NCBI GenBank assembly: GCA_044345405.1
Contig: JBIJBE010000004.1
Location: 32,001 to 96,000 of the forward strand
Source of the DNA: Bdellovibrionota bacterium
GTDB lineage: Bacteria; Bdellovibrionota_C; UBA2361; OMII01
Reading direction: 5' to 3'
Length of the DNA: 64,000 nt
Part shown: piece by piece, positions 46,210 to 55,563 of the stretch
Layout of the letters: each line of letters opens with the position of its first letter
Position numbering within the stretch: position 1 is the first letter of the stretch
Translations under genes and position numbers: made by a program
The notes under the pieces: generated by a model
What the model saw: only the letters and a program-made list of their open reading frames with translations
The model's database searches: none
What the model was told of the DNA's origin: nothing

Positions 46210-46596
46210 ATGGGCACTCTCTTTGAAGTAATCCTCGTGGCGTGTGGCGGCGCGTTCGGCGCGACATCGCGCTTTGTGGTAGGGCGATTAAGCGATACCT
46301 ACTTTACCTCGTTCAAATTTCCGCTCGCGACTCTCATCATTAATATCGTTGGATGCTTCGCTATAGGGTACGTCGCCGAGATATCCGCTCGGGGCGCGCT
46401 CTCACCACACATTCGTCTTCTCATCGTGACTGGCATTCTCGGAGGCTTCACAACGTTCTCCGCGTTTGGATTAGAAACCATCTCGCTGCTTCGTTCCGGG
46501 CACCTGGGGATGGCGCTCACCTACGTCGCCACCAGCGTCATCGGTGGATGTCTCGCGACCTACGCGGGAATCCTTCTTCTTACTCCGCGGCCGTAG
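46210..46596 (+). CDS. crcB: Fluoride channel CrcB/FluC
   Basis: GGAFGA..R, FP.ATL..N..GCF, TGILGGFTTFSAF..E. Confidence 0.95.
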   Translation: MGTLFEVILVACGGAFGATSRFVVGRLSDTYFTSFKFPLATLIINIVGCFAIGYVAEISARGALSPHIRLLIVTGILGGFTTFSAFGLETISLLRSGHLGMALTYVATSVIGGCLATYAGILLLTPRP

Positions 46597-46665
46597 GACA
46601 CAGACCTACGCCAAGGGCTCCTCGATCGGGCGCCGCAAGAGATAAGTCACGAAAAAGGCTCGTGA

Positions 46666-46758
46666 GTGATCGACGTCATAGCTCGAACGGCCATGCCCGT
46701 TATCAAGAAAGTTATTGTTTAGTTTCTGACTGTTATCCATTATCGTGATCGCCGTCAG
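46666..46758 (+). promoter_or_regulatory. Two CRP/FNR-like boxes upstream of REC-Crp regulator
   Basis: GTGAT-CGAC-GTCAT (46666-46679) and GTGAT-CGCC-GTCAG (46745-46758). Confidence 0.45.
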
Positions 46759-46827
46759 AATGACGGTGGTATGGGACGATTGACCTGTTGACGCCCCCGC
46801 TTCTGGTTCACTTCAAGGAGAGTAAGT

Positions 46828-47961
46828 ATGACCACTAAGGTGTTGGTAGTAGAAGATGAGGGTGTTGTAGCGTTGGATATCACCCAGGAACTTGAATCCG
46901 CTGGATACTCCGTTGTGGGGCATGTCATTACCGGCGAAGCGGCCGTCGCTAAAGCTGGGGAGCTACGACCCGATGTCATCCTGATGGATATTCATCTTCA
47001 AGGAGAGCTCGACGGCATCGCGGCCGCTGAGCAGATCTCCACTCGATACAACATCCCGATCATCTTCGTAACGGCGCACGCGGATGAGGCCACCCTCCAA
47101 CGCGCCAAGCTGACCAGACCCTACGGCTACGTCATCAAGCCATTCGAACCGAATGAGCTGAGAGCTAACATCGAGATTGCGCTTCACCGATACAAGGCGA
47201 CCCCACATGTCGAAGAGGAGCCCGAGGCGCTCGTCATCCACGCGCAAGAAGGGGTCACCCTTCCGAGCGGGGTTGATGAATTTAAGTATGAGGCCATTCA
47301 ATCCGTCGCGGTTTTCGAGGGGCTCCCTCAAAAAGATCTCCAAGACCTCACTAATTGCGCCGTCATCCAAGACATCGCGGCTGGTGAATTTATCTCGATG
47401 GATGGAGAGCGCCCAAATTTTGGTTTCATGGTACTCTCCGGCCGTTTGGCGGTTATTAAATCAACGACGCAAGGAAAGGAGCTCACGATCGACCTTCTGA
47501 TTCCCGGTGATTGCACTGGAATTCTCCGCGCGCTTGATCCACTAGAGACAGACACCTCGATCCGCGGACAGGTAGACGCTCGAGTCCTCGCTATCCCGAC
47601 CGCCAGTCTTCGAGCCGTCATAGAGAAGAACCCAGTTGTGTACCGACGAGTCGCTGTCGAACTCATGAATCGAAATCGACGCTCAAACGATCTCGCGCTC
47701 GGATTAGCGCACTCACGCGTCGAGAGCAGAATTGTCGCGGCCCTTCTCGCGCTCGCTCCTCGATTCGGTCGGCCAACAAGTTCTGTGGATCAAACACGAA
47801 TCTTTTTGACCAGAAAAGAGTTAGCGGACTTGACCGGAACAACCCCTGAGACCGCTATCCGCGTAACGAAGAATCTTGAGCGTGAGGGACTTCTTGATCT
47901 CACCAAGCCTGGCGTGATCAAGATCCTTTCGCTCGATCAACTGAAGAACGTGGCCGAGTAA
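46828..47961 (+). CDS. Response-regulator receiver fused to cNMP-binding and Crp/Fnr HTH domains
   Basis: VEDE, LMDI phosphoacceptor, TA, KPF; then cNMP fold and LTRKELADLTGTTPETAIR HTH; AGGAG RBS. Confidence 0.92.
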   Translation: MTTKVLVVEDEGVVALDITQELESAGYSVVGHVITGEAAVAKAGELRPDVILMDIHLQGELDGIAAAEQISTRYNIPIIFVTAHADEATLQRAKLTRPYGYVIKPFEPNELRANIEIALHRYKATPHVEEEPEALVIHAQEGVTLPSGVDEFKYEAIQSVAVFEGLPQKDLQDLTNCAVIQDIAAGEFISMDGERPNFGFMVLSGRLAVIKSTTQGKELTIDLLIPGDCTGILRALDPLETDTSIRGQVDARVLAIPTASLRAVIEKNPVVYRRVAVELMNRNRRSNDLALGLAHSRVESRIVAALLALAPRFGRPTSSVDQTRIFLTRKELADLTGTTPETAIRVTKNLEREGLLDLTKPGVIKILSLDQLKNVAE

Positions 47962-47983
47962 CCTCGCGCTCCATGATAGCCCT

Positions 47984-48013
47984 CACGAGGAGCGCACCCG
48001 CTCCTCGTGCTTT
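47984..48013 (+). terminator. Probable terminator hairpin
   Basis: Perfect 11-bp stem CACGAGGAGCG-cacc-CGCTCCTCGTG, short T tail. Confidence 0.6.
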
Positions 48014-48067
48014 GGGCTAAGCCCTGCTACGATCGTTTAAGTTAATTAAAACTAAGCGGGGTTCAGT

Positions 48068-48277
48068 ATGGCACAAGAAAATTACGTTGAACGCGTTCTC
48101 TCCTCTCTCTCCTCTCAACCACGAGAGGATCTCCGAGCGCATCTGGCTCACCTTGACGGCATCTTGGAGCAAATCAACAACGTGCCATCACCAGAAAAAG
48201 AATCCCTCCTCGTGGAGCTCATCCTCAAAGGTCACGATAAACCTTCTCAACAGAATATCACTCAGTCCTCCGTGTGA
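48068..48277 (+). CDS. Small hypothetical helical protein
   Basis: 69-aa ORF with GGGG RBS after AT-rich promoter-like stretch. Confidence 0.55.
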   Translation: MAQENYVERVLSSLSSQPREDLRAHLAHLDGILEQINNVPSPEKESLLVELILKGHDKPSQQNITQSSV

Positions 48278-48723
48278 GGATCGACCCGTCGGCGTCCGGC
48301 CTTCGAGCGCCCACGGACCTTCTTCTCATCAACACGTCTTCTTTGACTCGCCCGAGTCTTCTTCGTGGGAATCCGTTTCCGTCGTGGACGCAGCGCGTTT
48401 CGGAGAAGCTCATGAAGGCGCTCAACCGCATCCTCTCTATTGAGCGCCTGACTTCGATGCGTTTGACTCGTGATGGCGATAACGCCGTCAGCGTTAAGGT
48501 GCTGTAAAATCGTGGGATGGGTTCCGAGGCGTCCCTTTTGCTCCCATGTCAGCACGGAGGAATTGGTGAAATCGAAGGTCAGGGTCACCTTGGTCTCTAC
48601 CTTGTTGACGTTCTGTCCACCGGGGCCACCTGAACGCGCGAATGAAAACCGCAGCTCATGATCTGGAATCACTAACGAGGCGGGCCCTCGAGGGGATGGA
48701 GTGCGTGAGGAAGAGCCATTCAT
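48262..48723 (-). CDS. arfB: Alternative ribosome-rescue peptidyl-tRNA hydrolase ArfB
   Basis: RSGGPGGQNVNKV, RSQ..NR..A, basic tail R.PTK.T. Confidence 0.95.
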   Translation of the reverse strand: MNGSSSRTPSPRGPASLVIPDHELRFSFARSGGPGGQNVNKVETKVTLTFDFTNSSVLTWEQKGRLGTHPTILQHLNADGVIAITSQTHRSQALNREDAVERLHELLRNALRPRRKRIPTKKTRASQRRRVDEKKVRGRSKAGRRRVDPHTED

Positions 48724-49023
48724 ACTGACGGAACGTACCACACGAACGGCCGCCACGCTTGAGGACGCTTAGGGGAGCGACCGTGAAGGAGTTCAAAGAT
48801 CTGAAAAAAGGGAGTTTCTCCCCCTTTCCTTCACATAACCTCAGACCTCAGGACTGGAGTCCGCTAACCCCTCATTCTTATTGAGATAACTGCGGATTAA
48901 ATCCCGGGTAACCCGTTCCAACCCTCCTCATTCTGTGATACATCGGCTGTCGAGGACCTCGTTGGCCCTCGCGGCTGTGTTGTATGAGCCGACGCACCTT
49001 TTATCGCTCAGGAGTTTATTCGT

Positions 49024-50421
49024 ATGGCGAGTCAATCTCGTGACCTCATCGTATTAGGTTCAGGACCTGGTGGATATGTAGCGGCTATCCGCGCCGCGCA
49101 ACTCGGACGACAAGTCGCTATCGTTGAGCGTGAAGCGCTTGGTGGCGTGTGCCTCAACTGGGGATGTATCCCATCCAAGGCACTCCTTCGCTCCGCTCAA
49201 GTTTTTAATGACATCAAGCACGCAAGCTCATTCGGATTCACGACCGGCGATGTTTCCGTAGACTTCAAGCGCATCATCGAGCGCTCCCGTGAAGTAGCGA
49301 ACAAGCTCTCGGGTGGTGTGAACTACCTGATGAAGAAGAACAAGGTCGAGATTATCTCTGGAAACGGCGTGCTCGAAAAGGGCAACAAACTCGTTGTCAC
49401 GGACTCCTCCAAGAAGTCGACGACCTACGAGTTCAAGGACATCATCATCGCGACCGGGGCTCGCGCTCGTCCATTCCCTGGCGTTGATGTTGACGGAGAG
49501 GTGGTTCACACCGCTCGTACAATCCTTGAGAACAAGAGAATGCCTAAGAAGCTCCTGATCATCGGAGCGGGCGCTATCGGTATCGAGTTCGCCTACTTCT
49601 TCAACACCCTTGGAACTCAAGTTACCGTGGTGGAGATGGCTGACCAGATCCTCCCCGTTGAGGATACCGAGGTAGCTCAAACCCTTGAGAAGGTATTCAC
49701 GAAGAACGGCATGATCATCCGTACCTCAACCGGTGTTGAGAACCTCAAACGCTCCGGCGCCAACGTAACCGCGACCCTTAAGGGCAAGGACAAGACCGAG
49801 GAGTGGAGCGGAGACGCTTGTCTCGTCGCTATCGGTATTATGCCGAACACCGAGAACATCGGACTTGAGAAGGTTGGTATCGAGACGAACCGTGGCTTCA
49901 TCAAGGTCAACGAGTACCTTCAGACGAACATCGCTCACCACTACGCTATCGGCGACGTTGCCGGCGGCGCGGCTCTCGCGCACAAAGCGAGCCACGAGGG
50001 AATTGTTGCCGCGGAGGTTGTCGCTGGCAAGGCTAAGCACGCGATGCGGTATGACAACATCCCTGGATGTACGTACTGCCAGCCTCAAGTAGCGTCCGTT
50101 GGACTCACCGAGAAGGCCGCTAAGGCGAAGGGCATCAAGTACCGCGTCGGTAAGATGCCGTTCTCAGCGGTTGGTAAAGCTATCGCTATCGGAGAGCAGG
50201 ACGGTTTCGTTAAGGTCATCATCGATGATGAGGTTGGCGAGGTTCTCGGTGTGCACATTCTTCACGCCGAGGCTACCGAGCTTATCTCGGAAGCTGCTAT
50301 CATTCGGTCTCACGAGGGAATCGCGGCGAGCGTGGTTGACACCATCCACCCTCACCCAACGCTCTCAGAGGCGACTATGGAGGCGATGGCACTTGCGCTC
50401 GGACGGCCAGTCAATTTTTAA
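49024..50421 (+). CDS. lpdA: Dihydrolipoyl dehydrogenase
   Basis: GSGPGGYVAAIRAAQLG, GGVCLNWGCIPSK, ATGAR, GAGAIG.E, IGD, HPHPTLSE; AGGAG RBS. Confidence 0.98.
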   Translation: MASQSRDLIVLGSGPGGYVAAIRAAQLGRQVAIVEREALGGVCLNWGCIPSKALLRSAQVFNDIKHASSFGFTTGDVSVDFKRIIERSREVANKLSGGVNYLMKKNKVEIISGNGVLEKGNKLVVTDSSKKSTTYEFKDIIIATGARARPFPGVDVDGEVVHTARTILENKRMPKKLLIIGAGAIGIEFAYFFNTLGTQVTVVEMADQILPVEDTEVAQTLEKVFTKNGMIIRTSTGVENLKRSGANVTATLKGKDKTEEWSGDACLVAIGIMPNTENIGLEKVGIETNRGFIKVNEYLQTNIAHHYAIGDVAGGAALAHKASHEGIVAAEVVAGKAKHAMRYDNIPGCTYCQPQVASVGLTEKAAKAKGIKYRVGKMPFSAVGKAIAIGEQDGFVKVIIDDEVGEVLGVHILHAEATELISEAAIIRSHEGIAASVVDTIHPHPTLSEATMEAMALALGRPVNF

Positions 50422-50440
50422 AGAAGCTAACGGCGACCCG

Positions 50441-51085
50441 ATCAAGCTGGAGGTCTATGACCTCGGCGTGATCGACTACGTCAAATGCTTGGAGCTTCAA
50501 AGGACGTACCACCGGAAGCTCATAGACGGTACGCAGGGTGATGTGTTGCTCACGTGCTCACATCACCCCGTCATCACATGCGGAACCTCTACCGAGGACG
50601 CGCATTTTTACACACCTTCATCTGAACTTGAGGCGAGCGGCACGCCGGTCGTTTCGATCGAACGGGGCGGGAGCGTGACCTACCACGGGCCCGAACAGGC
50701 GGTGTGCTACCCGCTCATCAATCTTCACAATCACAAGACGGATGTTGGATGGTACATGCGTTCCCTTGAGGAGGTCGTCTTAAGCACCCTCCGAGAGTAC
50801 GACATCACGGGTATCCGCGTTCCTGGAAAGACCGGCGTCTGGATCGACGAAAACTCCAAGATCGCGTTCAGCGGAGTGCGAATCTCACGCTGGTGTACCC
50901 TGCACGGATTCTCACTCAACGTCCTTCCCTGCTCTCACCGCTTCGCGCAGATCAATCCCTGCGGACTTGGGGATATCAAGATCACGTCAATCGCGGAGCT
51001 TATCGCGCCTAAGCCGGTCACCATCGCCGAGGTAACCCACAAGCTGATCGCGAACTTCATCCGGGTCTTTAATTACGAAGTGTAG
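50441..51085 (+). CDS. lipB: Lipoyl(octanoyl) transferase LipB; start codon unclear
   Basis: DLG..DY, H.PVIT.G, RGGSVTYHGP.Q...YP, GVW, KIA..G, HGFSLN, INPCG; no in-frame ATG near the conserved start. Confidence 0.9.
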   Translation: MKLEVYDLGVIDYVKCLELQRTYHRKLIDGTQGDVLLTCSHHPVITCGTSTEDAHFYTPSSELEASGTPVVSIERGGSVTYHGPEQAVCYPLINLHNHKTDVGWYMRSLEEVVLSTLREYDITGIRVPGKTGVWIDENSKIAFSGVRISRWCTLHGFSLNVLPCSHRFAQINPCGLGDIKITSIAELIAPKPVTIAEVTHKLIANFIRVFNYEV

Positions 51086-51153
51086 GCATCCACTGAATTG
51101 TTCTACGACGAAGGTAGGACCAAAAGTGTGAAAGTCGTGCCTGACCCGACTTT

Positions 51154-52293
51154 TCATCCATCGTCGACCACAAGCATCTGTCCCTCGCGAAGTGTGACCT
51201 CGCGGATGGAGATGCTGAAATCTCGTTCGAACTGTTTCACCAATCGCACCTCGGGTCGAACCAAAACTGAGACCGCAACGCCATGCGTACCTGCGCGCCC
51301 AGTGCGGCCGACTCGGTGGAGGTAGTCCTTACCCTTGCTCGGAAGATCGAGATTGAATACGTGAGTAATCCCCGGAACATCGAGTCCACGAGCCGCGACG
51401 TCTGAAGCGATCATGACAGTTGCTTTTCCGTTTCGAAAGTTCTGCATGGCTTGCTTACGAACCTCCTTATCGTAGGTGCTATGCAGGTCCGCTACCGCGA
51501 TTTTGTGATGCTCTAAGCGCGCGGCGAGATCTTCCGCGGTTTCGTTTCGATGCGTAAAGACGATCGCTTTCTTCGTCTTGGTCGCGTGTACCAACTTTCT
51601 TATGGTGTCGGCCTTGTCGCGTTGATCAACCACAACATAGAAGTGTTCGATGTTGGGATTAATCACAACATCTTCGGTGTGGAGGCGAACCAGCCCTGGT
51701 GATAGCTGCTCCATGACCTCTTTGCTCTTGGGCTGCTCGGTGGCCGATACGAACACAAGTTGGCGTCGCCCTGGGCACGCGCGAATAACTTTCTGAACCG
51801 CCTCAAGGCTCTCGTCCGCCAGGAGACGATCCGCCTCCTCGATGACGAGGGTCTTGAGCTCTGAGAGCTTGAGCTTTCCTCGCTCAAGAAGTTCAAGGAT
51901 TCGGCCGGGGGTACCAACGAGAACCTGAGGCTTCTTTTTTAACCTCTCGATCTGTCGATCTATCGCGGCACCACCAATTAACGAGGCGCTCCGAATGTCC
52001 ATACCTGAATGTTGGGCCAAGTCGCAGGTCACGCGGTGAATCTGCATGGCAAGCTCATGGGTAGGCGCCAGAATGAGGACCTGAGCGGCTCGCTTCTCAC
52101 AATCGAGCACTTGAAAAAGTGGAAGGACATACGCCAAGGTCTTTCCACTTCCCGTTTCCGCGTTGATATAGGTGTCACTTCCAGCTTGCACGACAGGAAC
52201 GGCCTGTACCTGAACCGGTGTTGGCTCGATGAATTTCTGCTTTTCCAAGGCGGTGAGAAGAGCAGGAGCTAGGCTGAATTGTTCAAAAGACAT
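51154..52293 (-). CDS. DEAD-box family RNA helicase (motif II reads EEAD)
   Basis: Q motif PTPVQ, AETGSGKT, PTHELA, GG, TPGR, EEAD, SAT, ARGLD, HRVGRTGR. Confidence 0.93.
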   Translation of the reverse strand: MSFEQFSLAPALLTALEKQKFIEPTPVQVQAVPVVQAGSDTYINAETGSGKTLAYVLPLFQVLDCEKRAAQVLILAPTHELAMQIHRVTCDLAQHSGMDIRSASLIGGAAIDRQIERLKKKPQVLVGTPGRILELLERGKLKLSELKTLVIEEADRLLADESLEAVQKVIRACPGRRQLVFVSATEQPKSKEVMEQLSPGLVRLHTEDVVINPNIEHFYVVVDQRDKADTIRKLVHATKTKKAIVFTHRNETAEDLAARLEHHKIAVADLHSTYDKEVRKQAMQNFRNGKATVMIASDVAARGLDVPGITHVFNLDLPSKGKDYLHRVGRTGRAGTHGVAVSVLVRPEVRLVKQFERDFSISIREVTLREGQMLVVDDG

Positions 52294-52530
52294 GCTAATA
52301 CCCTGAACTCTTTATGGTGATTACCCTTTACGATTCGCCGGCTCATGGCCGAGGACTGAACACTACCATCTTCATCGACCTAAGCATAACGAGCCGTTCG
52401 AGGACCTCTTTTGGTCAAGGGGCTCCATGGCGAGAGACGGGCAACAAGCGTAATCAAAAACATGGTGCCCCTTGTTAGTTGGAGCGGTCGTCTTGCTATT
52501 CCTATGTGCCGGAAGGTAGCATGCGCGCGC

Positions 52531-52863
52531 ATGAAAAAAGTAAAAGCTCCAACAACGAAGAAGAACTCAACTAAAACCAAACAGAAACTCTCGGCACCGA
52601 CCTCAAGGACCAAGACCAAGGGGAAGAGCAAGGTGACCAAGTCATCCAAGAAGCCAGAGGACTACCTGGTTCTGATATTCTGCGGCAGAAGCTACAAGAG
52701 CGTTATTACCACCCTTGTAACAACCGATAAAAAGGAAGCTCATGCAGAAGCTAAATGGCTCGCGAGCCGCGCGGTTTCTGAAAAGGGCGATAAGGTTGAC
52801 GTTGCGGTGTTTAATTCAGCCTACTCGTGGGATGACGAGAAGGGCTGGAAGTTTTTCTATTAA
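52531..52863 (+). CDS. Hypothetical protein with Lys/Thr/Ser-rich basic N-terminus
   Basis: ATG 52531; histone-tail-like first ~40 aa then small globular domain. Confidence 0.6.
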   Translation: MKKVKAPTTKKNSTKTKQKLSAPTSRTKTKGKSKVTKSSKKPEDYLVLIFCGRSYKSVITTLVTTDKKEAHAEAKWLASRAVSEKGDKVDVAVFNSAYSWDDEKGWKFFY

Positions 52864-52896
52864 GTAGAAGCCCCACCGCTTTTCCTCCAGCGCACG

Positions 52897-53361
52897 CTAC
52901 CCCATCGACTCTATGCTTTTACGCCCCCATGCATCAGTGTCAAATGAGAGCGAAGCACTCGGGTCCTCAATCAATCGTCCGAAGCGCCCTAACGGTTCAA
53001 ACGCTCCCCGCGTGGTTTCGCACACTGGGCCCGCAACCTCTCGAAAGGAGCTGCCCCCGACCATCAACATAGTGGGCGCCTGTGGTTGCGTAACCATCTC
53101 TGAGCGCCGCCGAACCGCTATATAAGCGCTGCTGGTATTGAAGGTCGGAGGGGTCTTCGATTGAAGAATAACCCACTCGGAGTCCCCTCCTTCCCGCACC
53201 AGGGTAAAGAGGTCCTCCACACCCGGGCCCTCTCCGTCTATGGAGCTTTTGAGTCCTTTGCACACCCGTCCAGCGTCTCGATACCCCTCAGGTAACGCCT
53301 CCCTCGCCATTCGACCGTTCGCCGGATTACTCACGGAGAGGAACTGCGACGCACCCGCCAA
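52897..53361 (-). CDS. Hypothetical protein (possibly distal half of a frameshifted gene)
   Basis: 154-aa ORF with TTG start, overlapping 53331-53606 in another frame. Confidence 0.4.
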   Translation of the reverse strand: MAGASQFLSVSNPANGRMAREALPEGYRDAGRVCKGLKSSIDGEGPGVEDLFTLVREGGDSEWVILQSKTPPTFNTSSAYIAVRRRSEMVTQPQAPTMLMVGGSSFREVAGPVCETTRGAFEPLGRFGRLIEDPSASLSFDTDAWGRKSIESMG

Positions 53362-53606
53362 CTTTTCACCGAGACGGTACCTGGCAATTCCACGATATAA
53401 TATTGGGGAACCTTCAGGGGCGGACCTCCGTGGGGGTTTTGGCGCATAGTTACGAACCCGCTATCCGCGACAAGATACGCACGCTCAACCACAGCGGGTT
53501 GTGCCATCTGACGCATCGTTTCCTCCGAGCAGAACGGTAAGGCGCCATCGATTGCGCCAAGGGATTCACACGTTTTACCTGAGTAGTCCCCACCAACTTT
53601 CCTCAT
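53331..53606 (-). CDS. Hypothetical protein (possibly proximal half of a frameshifted gene)
   Basis: ATG with GGGGA RBS directly after the 53622-54107 gene. Confidence 0.4.
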   Translation of the reverse strand: MRKVGGDYSGKTCESLGAIDGALPFCSEETMRQMAQPAVVERAYLVADSGFVTMRQNPHGGPPLKVPQYYIVELPGTVSVKSWRVRRSSSP

Positions 53607-53621
53607 GAAGATGTGTCCCCG

Positions 53622-54107
53622 CTAAGCCTGAATAACGTACTTGAGAACATCTCCGTGCTCGTCGCGTGTTCCAGCGGGGGCGGCGAAGGTGAGCGAGAGC
53701 TGATACTCGCCGCTCTTGTCCAGTCTGAACTTACACGAGATAAGGGACGTATCTGATAACCGCGCGGCGTTTACTTCTAGACCTTGCCCATTCTTAAACG
53801 TCTCAATCATGGCCGGATCCTGGCGGTATTTGCCGACCAACGCCAAGAAGTACCCCGTCAAGCCACCCTGTATGTTCTGCCGATCCTTGGCGAATATCTC
53901 AGCTAAGAGCCCCACGCATGCATCATACGCGCCGGGGTGCTTTGCGATAAGACCGGAAACCTTTTCGGCGATCTGAGCACCGGAACGATCCATCAGAACC
54001 TTAAAGTTTTCGAACGCTCGGGGTTCGGTCTCGAGAAGATTAGCGTTCGGTTTAGGGCCGTCTTCTGACAGGTTGACGAAGATTTGTACCATCGTCCGGT
54101 GCTCCAT
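53622..54107 (-). CDS. Hypothetical protein
   Basis: 161-aa ATG ORF, globular composition; no family recognised. Confidence 0.6.
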   Translation of the reverse strand: MEHRTMVQIFVNLSEDGPKPNANLLETEPRAFENFKVLMDRSGAQIAEKVSGLIAKHPGAYDACVGLLAEIFAKDRQNIQGGLTGYFLALVGKYRQDPAMIETFKNGQGLEVNAARLSDTSLISCKFRLDKSGEYQLSLTFAAPAGTRDEHGDVLKYVIQA

Positions 54108-54275
54108 AAAATTGTTGTCCGCCTCACTATATCGGGGACCGACCGCTAGTCGAAAAAAACACCGAAAACACGCTTTTTATACTTTTAGTGGAATCTTAGA
54201 GGACTGCAACCTCTCCGCGGAGACTTTTGCTTAGCAACCCCGGCCCAGCTAGAATTCCGGTGGAGGTACCACCAT

Positions 54276-55292
54276 ATGAGCTTTGAACCATTAAATCCCA
54301 TCGGGCAACCGCCTACGTCTGCTCCCGCCTCCAGCACGAACGGTCTCCCCTCTCTCTCAAACATCGAGAACAGCGGCACAACGTTCGACCCAAAGGCATA
54401 CGCGTCGCTCAACGATCTCGTTCAGAGGCGGGGCTGGGATAGGATGCTCAGCACTATCTCATCTTTCCCAGCCAACGCCCGGGTACTCGATCTGGGTTTC
54501 GGTCATGGGGGAAACACCGCCGAACTGGCGACCACACTCCGAACGAATGGAGGAACGATTTTTGGGATTGAGCCTAGTGAGGTGATGGTTACAGAGGCGC
54601 GTGCGAAATACCCCGCCGAGACACACCCGAATCTGACATTACTTCATGGGCGAGCAGAGGCCGCTGGTGAAGCGATACGATCCCATGCGCGTCTCCTCGA
54701 TCTCTCAGATCCTCGATTCGATATCGTTGTATCGAATTACACCCTCCACTGGGTTAGAGATCCATCAGAACCACGAACCTTCCTTCATAAGGAGATGTTT
54801 CGTTCCCTCAACAAGCTCCAACCGATCGGCGGTGCACAGCACCACTTTTGCGCAGAGCAGGACGCGTTCAAGGAATTATTCGCGGCGGGGTACGCTCTGA
54901 TCCGAGAAGAATCGCGGTGGAGGGGATACTTCACCCCGCACACGGGAGACTACGTCGAGGGCGGCGAGTGGCGTCACCCACCCCTTATCTCCCGTGACGC
55001 CTTGTACGGGGCTCTTCGAGGCGGAGGGTATGAGGGAACGATCGAACGGTGCGAGGATGAAAGGATCTTCACCTCTCGGGAATCCCTCGTGGGCTGGGTG
55101 GGCGCCATGATTCGCCCCTTCATGAACAAGATCCCCGCGGAGGAAAAGGGCGCATTCGTGAATGGGTGGATAAACCGATACCTAGAGGACAATCCCTCAG
55201 CGGCCCGAACATCCGACACCGGACAACAGAGCTTCGTGTTGTGGGACCGAAACCTCTTGGTAATGGGATGGAAAGTAGCCGAGCTCGAGTAA
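54276..55292 (+). CDS. Class I SAM-dependent methyltransferase (trans-aconitate MT-like) with Ser/Pro-rich N-extension
   Basis: VLDLGFGHG, GIEPS..M, FDIVVSNYTLHWV; GGAGGT RBS. Confidence 0.88.
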   Translation: MSFEPLNPIGQPPTSAPASSTNGLPSLSNIENSGTTFDPKAYASLNDLVQRRGWDRMLSTISSFPANARVLDLGFGHGGNTAELATTLRTNGGTIFGIEPSEVMVTEARAKYPAETHPNLTLLHGRAEAAGEAIRSHARLLDLSDPRFDIVVSNYTLHWVRDPSEPRTFLHKEMFRSLNKLQPIGGAQHHFCAEQDAFKELFAAGYALIREESRWRGYFTPHTGDYVEGGEWRHPPLISRDALYGALRGGGYEGTIERCEDERIFTSRESLVGWVGAMIRPFMNKIPAEEKGAFVNGWINRYLEDNPSAARTSDTGQQSFVLWDRNLLVMGWKVAELE

Positions 55293-55563
55293 CGTTGTGT
55301 CACCAACCGACCCTCGGCGCGTTCCTATCGATATCAGGGCTCCCCGCACATATGTAACCGCGACATAGACACCTTCCTTCCGAGGCTGCGACTCTCACTA
55401 TTACCATGCTTCGGTGCCTGATCCCGGCAATCGGCACACATGGTAGCACCGAGTAATCGGTACGTGTAAGGTCAGAACAGATAACAGGACCATGGAAGAC
55501 AAGCTCGGAGAACACGCTTTTCATAATTACGAGATGCCGATGATCGATACGAAGATAGAAACA

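Noticed and set aside
50099-50420. Long N-terminal extension of LipB given by the ORF track
   Set aside because: Overlaps lpdA in +1 frame with Arg/Ser-rich junk composition; by-product of lpdA codon bias
55400-55445. Imperfect hairpin TACCATG..GTGCC..GGCAC..CATGGTA upstream of the ADP-ribosylglycohydrolase
   Set aside because: No recognisable riboswitch or ncRNA motif; single occurrence
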